Source: Octopus sinensis
Taxonomy: Eukaryota
Length of the DNA stretch: 64,000 nucleotides
Assembly: GCF_006345805.1 (NCBI RefSeq)
Contig: NC_043001.1
Location: 4,898,001-4,962,000, forward strand
Direction: 5' to 3'
In this document: in pieces, positions 26,826 to 41,359 of the stretch
Layout: each line of letters opens with the position of its first letter
Position numbering within the stretch: the first letter of the stretch is position 1
The notes under the pieces: generated by a model
What the model was told of the DNA's origin: nothing
Seen by the model: the letters and a program-made list of their open reading frames with translations, nothing else
Databases searched by the model: none
Program-made: the position numbers and the translations under genes

Positions 26826-27022
26826 AGAGTGATGATTTGAGAATTAACAAACAATAAAAGACGAAGACGGGTGTGTAAACAAGAAACATATATATTAGTT
26901 TAACTCTCAGGAAGTGAGAATGTCTTTTACGTTTCGAGCCTACGCTCTTCGACAGAAAGGAACTCAGAAATAAGCAGGGAGAAAAAATTTTAAAATGGTC
27001 TAGTGGTTTGCGATCTGTCACA
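26826..27022 (-). mobile_element. Family E2 short repeat carrying a minimal hammerhead-like motif (26924-26959)
   Basis: Minus strand: CTTT-CTGTCGA-AGAGC-GTAG-GCTC-GAAAC-GTA-AAAG. Homologous to 62575-62800. Flanked by TA/CA tracts. Confidence 0.65.
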
Positions 27023-27104
27023 CATACACACATGCATATATATATATATATTCATATGTTTGTTTGTATGTACTAGTATATGTTTTTGTATATGTTTTGG
27101 TATA

Positions 27105-27210
27105 TATTCTATCGAACCCGAAAGGTTTCAAATCAACGTCGTCCTCCGCGGTATTTGAACTCAGAACCTAAGGAAGGCTGAAAGACCGCTAATCCTTTTG
27201 CCTCCCTTGT
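27105..27210 (-). mobile_element. SINE family A, degenerate fragment
   Basis: TATCGAACCCGAAAGG...GTCCTCCGCGG.ATTTGAACTCAGAAC. Confidence 0.55.
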
Positions 27211-28599
27211 GTATAGCAAATATATTAACTCCTGTTAATATTATTTATGACACTGCACGAAAATTGAAACGTGCATTTACGTATAAGTATTAAAATTTCT
27301 CTTTGTTTTGCGCATTAAATTTGCAACGTTCATCGATCAATCCAAAGTCATCTATTACGTCTTCAACTAAAGAATCACGTGGAAAATGCTAGAAGAATAT
27401 TTAGGTGAATAAATGGGAAACAACGTAGCAGCAGACACATTTGTTATTACATTATCTATGTTGTGTGACACGTTGACGTCAATATAGGAAATAAGTTGAA
27501 ACGATATTGCTTTTGTTCGTTTTATGATAAAGTAATTGTTAAAAACAAACATATTTTATCGCAGCTGTAATGGAATGGCTTTGAACTGAGTATATAATAT
27601 TTCAAATAAGCATTCTAAAATGCAAACAAACATTTTTCTTTTTTTTTATTTCATTGAAACGAAACTGCTAACTTGCTTAAATTTATATTAAAATATTGAT
27701 TCATATCGTTTAGGAGGTTTCGTATAATATTTGGAAATACTTTGCGCTGTGAACAAATAACAGAATGACTTGGGTAAAATGTGTGTTACCTTTCAAAATG
27801 AATTACTTACATGAACGATGTAAAATTAAGTAACCGGTGTTTGGGAGTATTTCTATTTAGAATCGAAGTTTGCGGGAAACAAATTTTAATCAACACATTC
27901 ATAAATAAATTTTTAAAATTTAAGAATTGTTGGATTTTAGGCACTTTTATAATAATATTATTCGAAGGAAATCGAAAATATATTTTTAGTAGCTGCGTAT
28001 TTATGTATGCAATTATTTGTTGCTGCTGTTGTAGTATTCCTGGAGTGGGAAGAACACAAATTTCCGTGGAGAAATCAGCTGCTGTAGAAGTGTCTCATTC
28101 GGTACCTGCTTTACTGCCCTCTTCTACTTTACTTACAGCTATTTTTAAATACTATTTTATTTTGAGGTATGTGTAAATTATATTCATATGTTTATATTTC
28201 TTTATTTCATTTATAACTATGCTATATCAGGAATACGTTTCGTTTGTGAATATAGTAAGAAAAGCATTATTGAGTTATCTACTTAAAGATATTTCTGAAG
28301 AATAATCATGCTACTACAAAGAATTATTAGTGTTACCTGCATTTAAATTGTGTCTAATGATTTGTGGAGTTTTCGTGAAGGACATATTACTCATCGAATT
28401 TCGTGATATCCGTGATATTAAAGGACTAGAATTACTACCAAAACGCCATGCCATTTACCGTTTTAAACTGAAATTCATTTTAACGATTAAATTATTGCGA
28501 TATTGTAGAGAAAAGCTAAACATTTTTCTTGGTGGAAAGGGATGGAAGTATTGATATATTCCGTGCAGAGAAGCTGAGGAAATAATTTACAAATTATTG

Positions 28600-28985
28600 T
28601 TAGGAGAAGCTAACCTACCAAATACATGGTTCCGGGTTCCGGGTTTATTCCCACTACGTTGTACCTTGGGCGAGTGTCTTTTGCTGTAGCCTCGGGCTGC
28701 CCAAGGCCTCTGAGTGGATTTCGTAGGCAGAACCAGAAAGAAGTATGTCGTTTACATACACACACATATACGTATATATTTATTTGTGTGTTTGTGTTTG
28801 TACTCTCACCATCGGTTGACAACGGATATTGGTGTGTTTGCGTCCCCGTAAATTAACGGTCCTGTAAGACAGACCGAGCGAATAAGTACTAAGCCTTCAA
28901 AGAATAAGTCCTAGGGTCGATTTGTTCGACTAAAGGCAATGCCCCAGCATGGCCGCAGTCAAATGACTGAAACAAATAAAAGAAT
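28600..28985 (+). mobile_element. SINE family B copy
   Basis: CATGGTTCCGGGTT..CCTTGGGCGAGTGTCTT...GGGTCGATTTGTTCGACTAAAGGC..CCCCAGCATGGCCGCAGTCAAATGACTGAAAC. Confidence 0.88.
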
Positions 28986-29497
28986 ATTATGTTCGGCGTA
29001 TATTAGTGGATGAGTATGTACATGGCAATGGAAAGTATTCGATATTTTTCTCTAGTCAAATGCCTAAAATTTCTCACAAAGCGAAATCAAACAACGATCA
29101 ATTTAGAAAATATTTGCATTATTATTATAAACCGAAAATATTATCGGTACATTTGACGACGGAATTACAAAAGTTTTATATGTATACATATATATATATA
29201 TATGTGTTTTTTTTAACCATCCTCCCACACCGTCTCCCATGAAAGGATATAATAAATTACATGGAAACAGCTGTAAGACCTATCTATAAATGTTCTAAAA
29301 GCTACACAGCCTTGGTTTTTATCTCATTATGAAAAACAAATTTTCTATACAGACGGTCACATATGACCAACGTTGAACCCCTTCTTCGCAAAATCACCGA
29401 ACATAGAGCTTAACTATTGTCTATTCATAGCAATTATTCAGCTTTACCTGACACCTTTGCGTCTCAATGAAACAATTAGCTCTCATAACCTCCATAT

Positions 29498-29528
<31 letters not shown>

Positions 29529-29529
<1 letters not shown>

Positions 29530-31303
29530 CTTTGATACTTTGATAGGTTTCGGCCATTATTGGCCCAGGCCATGTCTAACTTAATAGCACCACCTGGTGA
29601 AGTCATTCAAGTCAGAATTTGGGCACTATGGCCCACTCAAGTAGAGAGTTATTGTTTACAGAGACATATCCGGGTGTAGGGGGTTTATCCGGGATTTCTT
29701 GAAGGAATCTGTCCAAAGACCTCTTGAACCCTATAGGGTCAGTTTCTGTTTTAATGTGTTTTGGTGTAATGTTAAAGAGAGCGGAGCCAATTGAGGTGAA
29801 ATAATTGTGCCGTATTGTTGTTATGAGATGAGAGTGCGATTTTTGTTTTGGGCGGATGGCACGGGGCCCAAGCCTTGGATGTACCTTAAAGGTGATGCCA
29901 ACATCATTTGGGCAATGCTGATGGAATATTTTCCACATCATGCAGATGATGTAGCGCTCACGACGACGTTGGAGAGAATAGAGTTTTAGCTTTTCTAGTC
30001 GACCCCAATAGTCGAGGCCTGTCATGCCATCTATCTTTTTTGTGATTGCCCTTTGAGGTGCTTCAACTTTTATGATACCTTGTATTGTGTGGGGAGACCA
30101 CAGTGGACAACAGTATTCAAGGTGGGGTCGGGCAAAAGTGGAGAAGAGAAGGATAATGGTGTGGATATCTCTCGACTGGAAAGTTCTGAGAATCCAGGAA
30201 CACATTCTGCGGGCCATGTCAACTTTGGTGTTTATATGAGTGGCCCAGCTTATGTTGTTGTCCACAATTACTCCCAAGTCTCTGATGTTGTTGGACGCCG
30301 CGAGAGTTTCACCTGAAGGAAGGGAGTATGGGAGTTTCAGGGCATCCTCTTTTCCAAAGTGGATTAGCTCAAATTTATCCTCGTTCAGCAGCATATTGTT
30401 TTTTTTCTGCCCATTGGATAACAGCCAGTAGATCTGACTGAAGGCATGTCCGGTCACTCGCCTCATTTATGACCTTCTGTAGCTTGGAGTCATCTGCAAA
30501 GATTTTTATGTTGCTGTGCTTGATGATGTCATTAATGTCGTTAATGTAAATGATGAAAAGAAGTGGACCCAGCACAGTGCCTTGCGGAAAGCCACTACTG
30601 ACTTTGGCTGGGCTTGATTTTACCCCTTCAACTACAACATGTTGAGATCTGTCTGTCAGGAAACACTTGATCCATTTCAGTAACTTTCCAGAGACACCAA
30701 TGTTGGATAGTTTTTTCAATAGGATCTTGTGATCGACCCTGTCGAAGGCCTTACTGAAATCAAGGTAGATGACATCGGTGTTGGAGCCCTCTCCCAAAGC
30801 TCTCAAAATGTCCTCAAAGTGATGCAGGAGCTGCGTTAGGCAGTCCCTTCCATTACGGAACCCATGTTGGTTGGAGATCAGCCGTCTGTTGCTTTCCAGA
30901 AATTGGGTTATTCGAGATCTCACCACCCTCTCAAATACCTTGATGATATGAGAGGTGAGTGAGATCGGACGGTAATTCACTGCAAGGGACTTGTTTCCCT
31001 TTTTGAAAACTGGGACAACAGACTGGGACAGAAGGCTTTTTTGAATATAGCCAGCATCCAGTGAGTTTCTCCACAGATTAGCAAGGGGAGATGCAAGTTG
31101 GTGTCGACACACCTTCAGGACACAAGCAGGGAACCTATCGGGGCCTACTGCTGAATTGTGTTTTATTTCGTTTATCGCCGCTAAGACATCAGGGGCACTA
31201 AACGTTATGTCCGATATAGTGTGTTGGGGGTTGACATCACTGATACAGCCCAGATCGGCCATATCAGGATTGCTGAAAACAGAGCAGTATTGTTTCTGCA
31301 GTA
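29529..31303 (-). mobile_element. 5'-truncated CR1-clade LINE, young copy, inserted in (TA)n
   Basis: RT ORF, a 3'UTR of about 80 nt ending (TATCAAAG)2, and (TA)n on both flanks. Endonuclease region absent. Confidence 0.95.
29612..31301 (-). pseudogene. LINE ORF2 reverse transcriptase (about 560 codons), one +1 frameshift in an A8 run at 30399-30406
   Basis: GPDRFP, PVFKKG..NYRPISLTS..KVFER, QHGFR, YLDFSKAFDRVDH, SGFPQGTVLGPLLFIIYIND, FADD, RDLGV, RPHLEYCCPLWSP, LYSLQRRRERY. ORFs 30375..31535 and 29612..30466 join at WAEK/NNMLLN. Confidence 0.93.
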
Positions 31304-31383
31304 TATATGTATACATATATATATATATATATATATATGCATACGTGTGTCTGTGCGTGTGCATGCGTTTGCACGCGCGTGTG

Positions 31384-31414
<31 letters not shown>

Positions 31415-32489
31415 ATATATATATATATATAGATAGATAAATAGATAGATAGATAGATACACACACATATATATATATATATATATGCGCATATAGACAT
31501 ATGTATAAACTCACGACATACAAACACACACACACATATATATATTCATGTACTTGTTTCAGCCATTTGACTGTGACCAGACTGGAGCAAGACTTATATT
31601 ACAATGTATGCATGCATATACACACACGAGTGTGTGTGGAGATGCGTGCCTTGATCATTTAGATGTTACAACAGTAATTTTTAGACTGAAGTCTCATATC
31701 CTTGACTGGTTTCTGGGTTGTACTCTTCTTCAAAACCATTGATTACAAGTTGCGACAGGCCATCAAGCAGAAAAATGTGGGTGATCCTGCTACTGTCATT
31801 TCATCAAGGGGAAGATTTTAAATAACTTAAAATCTATGAAACCCTTATATGGGCCTAGGCGTCGGGAAGGAATTTGATAATCTTATATGTATATTGGTTT
31901 CGGAATATAATGGTTTACCAATATTTCTTCTAGGTCTATCCTTATGTTTTTCATGAATTATTTTGATTTGTTTAGAGGTATTTTGCGAAAGCAATGCTCT
32001 AAACTCGTGTATAACCTGTCAATGGGAGCCGATGTCCGTTTTTCTAGCAGTCGATTCTAACTCGAAATCGGAAATGATGAAGAATTTGAACAAAAGTACA
32101 AGCGAAAAAAATATATAATGGCGACACTCCATATTTGTCATTCGTCAGACGTAGTGATAGTCTGTCTAAATCACCTAGGAATTTATGAAAAGTGACACTG
32201 ATAACCGTGTGAATTGATTTCAAAACACGGATGTAAATAATAAGGTGTAAAAAAGTGAAAAGGAAAACAAAACAAATAAACCCTGAATTTTACCGAATTC
32301 CTGACAACTGATATTCCGGTAAATATATACTTGTACAAATATAGTTTTGACAAAAATTAGATGATAAGTTATAATTCGGTTTGCGGAGTAAATTATTCAA
32401 ATTCCCAACATTGATTGACAGGCAAATTTATACATATTTAATTGCGTATGCGTGTCTTCAAAGAGTACATATATATATATATATATATC

Positions 32490-32552
<63 letters not shown>

Positions 32553-32594
32553 TGTGTATGTGTGTGTGTATACATATATCTTTATATCAATATT

Positions 32595-32638
<44 letters not shown>

Positions 32639-33660
32639 AAGGGAGAGTTCATGAAAAAAACAAAAGACGAAGACAGGTGGTGTGCAAAACAAACAGATGT
32701 ATATGTATATATATATATATATATGTCTATGTGTGTCTGTGTGTCTGTGTGTATGTGAGTTTGTCTATGTAGATATGCATGCATGTGTATATGTATGTAT
32801 AAATAAAGAGAGGGAGGTAGATGGAAGCATACATATACAGATATTTGTAAGTGCGTATGCTAGTAAAAGGAATCGCTAGTCCAATGACAGTCAATCTATT
32901 AACACAGAAATGTAGAAATAGTATCTTTCAGACTGTGAAACCAGTGATATTTGTAGAGAGAAGCCGTGTCGAACACATTACTTTACCAGTAGTCTCTCAA
33001 AAACAATATCAGCCGTCTTTTCGATGTAAGTGTACACGTTTGTAAGTTAACACACACTTTTCTTCTTGAGAGGCAAGTAAAGAACTGATCTGCAAAAATA
33101 CATATGATAATCGTAACACAACATAACATAATCAGACGCTCTGAGCAAGGTTAATGGAAAAGTTAGCGACTTGTGTGATGGTAGTGAGAAATAAAGATGA
33201 AACGAGATACTTGATTAGATTAAGTATCAAGATGCTCGCGAGCATCGGTCATTTAGTTATTGTTATCGGAGAAAAGAGTACAAACATGTTTAACGTAATC
33301 AACATTAGAGAAAACACAACAACATAACTTATTATAATTTCCGTCTACTTGTAGATCAATAATTATAGTCTTCAACTACAGAATTCTCTCCAAAAATGCG
33401 TGTCTCCAGGTAAGTTCGTTGTGTTTTTTAAACGCCGTCCTAAAATAGCGGCAAAGATCAAATAGATATCGAACTATATCCTTAAGTCTATAACTCATTT
33501 AAGGGATGCGTTACTTTTTTTTAGGAAATTATTTCCTATCTCTCTTTATCACAATTGCTTTGTACTTATAGTCCGACAAGCGGGCACACGCACACACACA
33601 CACACTGACACATACATACATGTATATATACATATACACATATACGCACATATATATATT

Positions 33661-33704
<44 letters not shown>

Positions 33705-33711
33705 TGCATAT

Positions 33712-33764
<53 letters not shown>

Positions 33765-34111
33765 TATAAGTATGCATGTATATATATAAGTATGCATGTA
33801 TATGTGTGTGTGTATGTGTGTTTAACTACTGTTCTGAATAAGCACCAATGAAAAACTATGCGCACACATAATATTACGTACATGCATAACTACATTCAAA
33901 CAAATGAGCACATACAGAGACCCACACACATACACACGTATACACACATAAACACACAATGTGGGATTCATTATATATGATTTGAGTTACGTATAATATT
34001 CAATAATAATTTGATTCTATTTCATGTAAATTAAAATATGCTAAGGTCTGATAACGAATATACCTTATAAGATTTGTGAAAGCACAATATATGAATTCCA
34101 AGATGTTTTAT

Positions 34112-34265
34112 TTCACTATTGCCCACAAGGGGCTAAACACAGAGAGGATAAACAAGTACAGACAAAGGGATTAAGTCGATTACATCGACCCCAGTGCGTC
34201 ACTGGTACTTAATTTATCGACCCTGAAAGGATGAAAGGCAAAGTCGACCTCGGTGGAATTTGAGA
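34112..34265 (-). mobile_element. SINE family A, 3' body fragment
   Basis: CCCACAAGGGGCTAAACACAGAG...GAAAGGATGAAAGGCAAAGTCGACCTCGG. Confidence 0.85.
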
Positions 34266-35293
34266 AGTCCGAGATGTCTTAAATCACTATTGGGCAACGT
34301 CGGTAACGACATCATTTCTAATAAATATGCCAACCTGAACACATACTAGGACAGGTTGTTGGTAAAAACTTTCTGTCTAGGAATCGGTGTCTCGGCTCGT
34401 TAGTGTGTGTATGTGTGTGTACACATCATGTGTGAGTGCTTTTATCTGGTACGTGTGGTTTTGTATCTGTTTTGCGTGTCGACATAACTGTGTGTGCGTG
34501 TATACATATTTTGGGCAATCATGAGGAATCTTTTAAACAGGCGCTCCTAGCTTTCATACTAAAACGATTTCATTTCAATTTTCTATTGTTTTCAGGAATT
34601 GTCTGATTATATATCATTGGTGCATCAAAACAAATCACCTCAGAATTACAATGAAATAATGAGTCTATAGTATGATATAGATGTCCTTTAGGTTGTAATC
34701 ATATACGTTCAGTTGTAATCATAAACTTCAATAACTGTCAGATAAAAAATATGTTGTAAAATTAGAGTTGATTTGAACGTCATTTGTTGCTTGATAAAAA
34801 AATTCAACCAGATTTAATTGCCTGACAGATTTAAAATATAAAACTGAAATCATATTGTGAAACTCTAATAGACTTTAGGTACATAGTCTAGGGTGTACCA
34901 TTTCGGTTTTGTTTATAGTACAAGTGAGATTTAATTAATATTGAATACAAAACGTGCTTCCTTGGGAAGTCAGTATATAGTTTGTTATTAAGGTTGTTGA
35001 AACTTTGCAAGTTTAGCTAAGGTAAATATAAAATCATACACACCCTATACATCGCACATACACTCACGCAAACACAGAAAATCACGCACACGGGATAATA
35101 TATGTTTTTTCGGTTTGCCGTCCGTGTGCAATGACCTGTTACGTATGGAGAAGTATAACTCTAAACGAATGGTTGCAACATGCTGAAAGCAGCAACAAAT
35201 TTTCTGATTTTGTCATGACTGTGTTTATTAAAGTCATAAAATTTTACACTTTCCTCCACAACAGTTCACTTGAAATATCCAGTTCTCTCCTAC

Positions 35294-35371
<78 letters not shown>

Positions 35372-35692
35372 CTCTCTTTTTCTGTGTCTCTCGTGTATGA
35401 AGCAGTGCTAAAAGATTTATTGAAAACATTGAGAAAACCTCTACGAATCGTTCTTGTATTTTGCACCTTGACGTATCCTTACATTTTTATTTTCTTTTTC
35501 AAATCATTAAACAACTTTTCTTCCTCGTCTGATATATTTACTTACGTCTCTTGATTTGCTTACAACTGATATATTAAGACTCAATCCTTGAAGCCCATTC
35601 AACCTTTTAACAACACAGACACACACATACACACACCACTCACTCACACACACACATACATAGGCACACGTACCTACATACACGCTTATATG

Positions 35693-35746
<54 letters not shown>

Positions 35747-35753
<7 letters not shown>

Positions 35754-35960
35754 TATCCAAACAAGAAAACACAGAAAAAAAGGGGAAAAACAGCAACGCA
35801 GGACGTGGAACAATTAAAGTATTATTGACGCTCAGGAAAGAAGGGAAGGAGGGTTTGACGTTCGGAGCGGAGCTCTTCGTCGGAAACAAAGAGAAGGAAA
35901 GATCCCAAGAAGGGAAGACAGAGGAAAAAATATTTGAGCTGGTTGTGCTCAAGAGATCAC
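35747..35960 (-). mobile_element. Family E1 short repeat with a mutated minimal hammerhead (35853-35887)
   Basis: Homologous to 41027-41240 and starts right at (TA)n. Minus strand GTTT-CCGACGA-AGAGC-TCC-GCTC-CGAAC-GTC-AAAC. Confidence 0.7.
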
Positions 35961-36194
35961 ATGTTGAAAGAACAGAAGTTGAGAGGTAGTCGAAACATGG
36001 TTTTATAAGGCAAGAGAGTTTCAAAAGAGGAATGCGTGTGTGTGTGTGTGTGTGCAAGATGACAAGTGTGTTTGTGCGTGCGTGTGTGTGTGTGTGTATT
36101 TTAGGTGAATAAAAAGCAATGACAAAGTCAGCTGTCATAATGACTACTAGCTGTTTGTATCAAGCCAGGTCAAAGCCAGGTCAAAAAAACAATA

Positions 36195-36519
36195 CTTTTA
36201 ATCTTTTGCTTGTTTCAGTCATTTGACTGTGGCCAAGCTGGAGCACCGACTTTAGTCAAGCAAATCGACCACAGTACTTATCCTTTGTAAGCCTCCCAAA
36301 TATTCTCTCGGTCCCTTTTGCGGAACTGCTATGTTACGAGGACGAAAAAACACACCAGTATCGGTTGTCAAGTGATGTTGGGGGTACAAACACAGATACA
36401 CAAACGCACACACACATATATATATACATATATACGATGGGCTTCTTTCAGTTTCCGTCTAACAAATCCACTCACAAGTGGTTGGTAAGTAAGCTACTTA
36501 CCACACACCTACTGCCGCG

Positions 36520-36522
<3 letters not shown>
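36195..36522 (-). mobile_element. SINE family B with the CORE region deleted
   Basis: Tail and head are present, with CACTCACAAG joined directly to GTGGTTGGTAAG. Confidence 0.85.
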
Positions 36523-36580
<58 letters not shown>

Positions 36581-38126
36581 CTCATATATTAAAAAAAAAC
36601 ATCGTGCACGAAATATTCAATTTTGTTTCCCATAGCACATATATGTAAATTGTCCAGCATTTATCACACTCGCTCTGTACGATATTTATCGTAGATGAAA
36701 TGTAAAGGTAGCTGTATCTCTTTATTTCGTGGGCGGATAGCAGGATCACGTTCTATATTCACTGGAATCTGTTTCAGTCTTTCATTAATTAATTTGATTA
36801 TTTGTAGGGTTATCTGTGTTTGTGTCTGTTTGTCTCTTTCCATTAACTACATTTGTCCTCATACTGCTGACTGAGAAATACATCCATAGTTTGTTAATGA
36901 ATGAAATAATCCCCCACATAATCTGACAATCGTGATTTTAGTTATGGGGCACGAGATAAAATATATTTTGTAGATATATATCGCCACCCCATTGAGTATT
37001 ACTTCTCCTTGCACCAAAATATAATATCGTGTCATACGATGATAATTATTACCCACGAACGTCTATTGCTTCCAAAATTAATATTTATATGTTCAAAGAC
37101 GAAATACATTCAATCATTTCAAATTTGAAGAAATAAATATAAAATGTAACGTTTCACGAAAGTGACTGTCATATTTCGGATTCATTATAAAGCTGCCAAC
37201 GATAGTAATTGCTTTCATGTCAACAAGACTCAATGTAGTTTTCACATATGTACAATACAGTGGTTCGTTTCATTAATTTTAATATTCAAACAATTGTGGG
37301 TTTAAAAGTATTTCCTTAGCTTCCAGGAACAATATCACATCGTTCCGCAGGTAGAACTTGGAAAAGATTGTCTTACACCAGACTGACCTCCCTTGTAGCT
37401 CTGCATAATTATGTTATATTCAATGGCGCTTTTAAAATGAAATACTTAATGGGATTTTTCGTCAAATGATCAATTATTTTTCTTAAACTGACGCGAGATT
37501 GGATGATAATTTAGCTAGAAGCTTCCTAGCAGCTATATTTGTCTGGATATCTGAAAATAGCACAATCAATACAAACCAATTTTTGAAACAAATTTCTTGG
37601 TGAACTTGGAAATGTTATGAACAATAAGTGAGCCAAATTCTTTATTTTCACTGGGTGAAAGTTTAATCATTTACTTTTGACATTAACTGTCATTTATCTC
37701 GGAAAATAATATAGCAGCAAAGTTGCTGACAATATACATTAATAAGTTTGCTTGTGGTGTGTATCTGCCAAACACTAATACTCATAAAACACAAACACAA
37801 ACGCATTTATACAGAGGGGTGGGGAGGAGAGGAGAAAGACAGACAGAGAGAGACAAACAGTCAGACAGAGAGTGGGAAATCGAGAGAGAGAGAGAGAGAG
37901 AGAGAAAGTAAGACAGAGAGGGGGATTGAAGAAAGAGACAAAAAAAGTGTATGGCAAAAAGGTTTCTGATTTTAGTGAATGTAGTAATAACTATATGTTA
38001 ACCTGGGACGAATTCCTCTATCTACACACAGCCAATCGCACATATAGACACATATACGTTCCTATATCTAGACATATTTATACACACACACTCACACTCA
38101 CACACACACACACGCACACACATATA

Positions 38127-38476
38127 TCTTTATATATAAAGCTGAAGTTGTCTGTGTGTGGTAGGATTGACAGCCTTCAACTAACACTATCTCCTCCGCG
38201 ACTCTGTGACGCAAGCTGACCAAAATTGAGAGTATGATAGACCATGTTAAGACCAAAAATTATTTACATCAAAAAGGTGTTTTTTTCCTATGAAAATCCC
38301 TATTTTTGACGATTTTTTGACTGCTGTGTCGCCATTTTTCGGTGTATTTTAATCAGAAAAATGTTCACTTAAGGAGTATAACAAGCTACATAATGCAACA
38401 TTTTTACTTTCAAAAATTCCAATTCTAAAGGGTCGAAAAGAAAACAAACCCGAGCAACGCCGGGCTATACTACTAG
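38127..38476 (+). mobile_element. Non-autonomous Helitron (350 bp)
   Basis: A|TCTTTATATATAAAG 5' end, 3' GC hairpin CCCGAGCAACGCCGGG, CTAG|T end, inserted between A and T. Confidence 0.88.
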
Positions 38477-39070
38477 TATATATATATATATATATATATA
38501 TATGCATATGTACATTTTCGCGTTCGTTCACGCATACAAAAAGAGACACATTGAAATACATATTAAAATGCTTCTAATACATCTTACTATATAAGGGGAT
38601 TATGATCGAGAACAATTTCTACGCTATAACAATGGATTTCAGTATTGCTAAGCATTAAACTACAGAGAATTTCAGGAAATATATCACAAATAATATCAGG
38701 ACTTCAATAACAAATATTGCAGAACAGTTCGTTAAATTTTAGGCGTTCATATCATATTTATAACTGACGGATGAATAATAAAACCGCGGTTTAATTATCG
38801 AATGGACGGAAGAGCAGGGAATACCAGCGAAAAGAGAAATAATAACTGAGATAATGTAAAACTTGGAATAAAGTGGAAACATGCTGCAACAGTAAATATA
38901 TGTTAAAGTTTTCCCTGAGTAAATATTACTTCTAATATTATCAAAATATTTATATATCTAATCAAAATATATATATATATATAATATATATATTATATAT
39001 ATATATATATATATACGTATATATATATATACGTATATATATATATTATATATATATATATATACGTATA

Positions 39071-39132
<62 letters not shown>

Positions 39133-40363
39133 AACATACATACATCCATACACGCACACACATGTATATATATATTTATATACGTGCGTGTTTGTGTGAG
39201 TGTGCGTGCGTGTGTCTGTATATGTATATGCGCTTGTATATATAATTTATTATTATCATTTTCTAAAAGAATGTTTATATGGCAGAGCGTTCGAATTATT
39301 AAATCTAACTCGTGCCGCTACATCGCCATTGTTCTGTTTGTACTAGCTAGATATTGAAACTTTTACAACTCTTACAAAAATGATTTTGTAACGTATCCTG
39401 ACAGTAATATGAACATAGTCACATTAGATGACAACATTACAGTGATTTTTAAATATTTATCACGCATACTTAAATCATTTTAAACAAAGGATATACATAT
39501 AACACTGTTTAGATATTTCTAAAACAAGTTTTGTTTAAAGTAACCGAATCAGACAAAAAGACTTGTCAAATATTTTTGTTTCCTGCCTCCATTCATCTAA
39601 ATATAACAACAACTGAAGAAACACAAAAAGTGTCTTCAAATACATTCAACAATACTTATTAGTTTTCAATCAATTCAAAATTCTGCATAATATACATTGA
39701 TAGATAAAAGATAAAATTTTGCTGTATTGAAGACTTAAGTGAAATGATGTATAAAAATGTTATCACACACAAGCATACACAATATACAGAGCGAACTATG
39801 ACTGTATACATTTGATTTGCCAGTTATATATATATATATATTTGCTCTATGAAATATATATGTGTATGTGTGTGTGTGTGTGTGTGTGTGCGCGTGTAAA
39901 TATACGCAGATATAACCAAGCAGACTCACATACATAGAGTAATATATTCGAAGTTAACATGAATATAACAAATATGGGTATGTGTATGGGTGTGTGAAAG
40001 TATTTGCATATACATGCAGAAACTCACATACATATTTCTATGTACGTACATGTACACATAAATACGCATACATACATACATGAGTGTCTGTGTATGAGTA
40101 TGTATGAGAGAGAGAGAGAGGGGGGGGGGAAGAAGAAATATAGAGAGTCGAAGGAAGACAGATAGAAGAGTTCAATTTTGAGAATTATAATACAGAATCG
40201 CAACTACTTGGTGATCTTAGATTTAAAAGTTGATAAGGACATTTAAACGAAACAAAGGAGCAGCTAATGCGAATGATTATAAAACATTCAGGAGCGGAAA
40301 TTTCTGAGACCGCGGAGGATATATGATTTTGCACCATAAGCCTATCTTCAGTTAAATGATGTT

Positions 40364-40410
40364 CATGATGGTGATAATGACGATGATGATGATGATGATG
40401 ATGATGATGC

Positions 40411-40441
<31 letters not shown>
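40364..40441. repeat. (GAT)n microsatellite
   Basis: Directly visible. Confidence 0.95.
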
Positions 40442-40987
40442 ATTAGTAAGTATCATTTGCAACCGTATAATTTTGAGGTTCGTTCAATTTTTCTCTCATT
40501 ATAAAATTAACTGAAAATTACATACAATAAACGGGAAAACCATGTAATTCTGCCATATGTATACTAAACCCAAGTTACAAATTTACAATATACGAATGAA
40601 TAAGATTATTGAGAATGATTTTGTAGAAATATACGACTTCATTGAAATGCGAAAAGGGAACAATTCAAAATGAAAACGTTCAACTCATGAATATTATTGT
40701 AAAACATAATAGAGTTGCCGGTTGGTTGGTTGACGGCATAATTTCTATAGAGTGCCTAGGCGGAATTTCCACGAAATGAGATAAGTAACATTGTATAGAG
40801 GCGCATTAGAAGCTGATGATATTGTAAATGAGCAAAAGAGTAACTTTAAAAACACACACGAGCTACCTTCAACATTTCAGAACGGTAACTACACTGTCAA
40901 AAATAAATCGTCGCTATCGTTTATTAATCTAAAGTGGTAATTGTGAAAAGCACGATGTGAAAATGATTGCATAGAATTAATCATTTG

Positions 40988-41026
<39 letters not shown>

Positions 41027-41028
<2 letters not shown>

Positions 41029-41240
41029 GTTAATCCAAACCTGAAAACACAAAGAGAAAACACAACAACGAGAGGATGTGCTACAAGTACAGTGTTACTG
41101 GACGCTCAGGAAAAGAAAGAAAGAAGGAGTATTTAACGTTTCGAGCGGACCTCTTCGTCAGAAACATAGGGAAAGGAAAGATCCAAGAAAGAGAAGAAAG
41201 AAGAAAAATAAAATCACCAACGATACACACGCAGTCATAT
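41027..41240 (-). mobile_element. Family E1 short repeat with a minimal hammerhead (41130-41166)
   Basis: Minus strand: TGTTT-CTGACGA-AGAG-GTCCG-CTC-GAAAC-GTT-AAATA. Begins at (TA)n. Confidence 0.75.
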
Positions 41241-41359
41241 ACACATATATTACTAGCATTTGACGGAAAACTCTCATCTTGTTTTGCTGGGTATGGTGGA
41301 AAGTGACAGCTATCCATAAGCATCAGACTAAGGTGTCATTTGTTTAATGTTCATACTTC

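Noticed and set aside
31304-31535. N-terminal 77 aa of the 386-aa ORF
   Set aside because: Read-through from the flanking microsatellite; LINE homology starts at about 31301.
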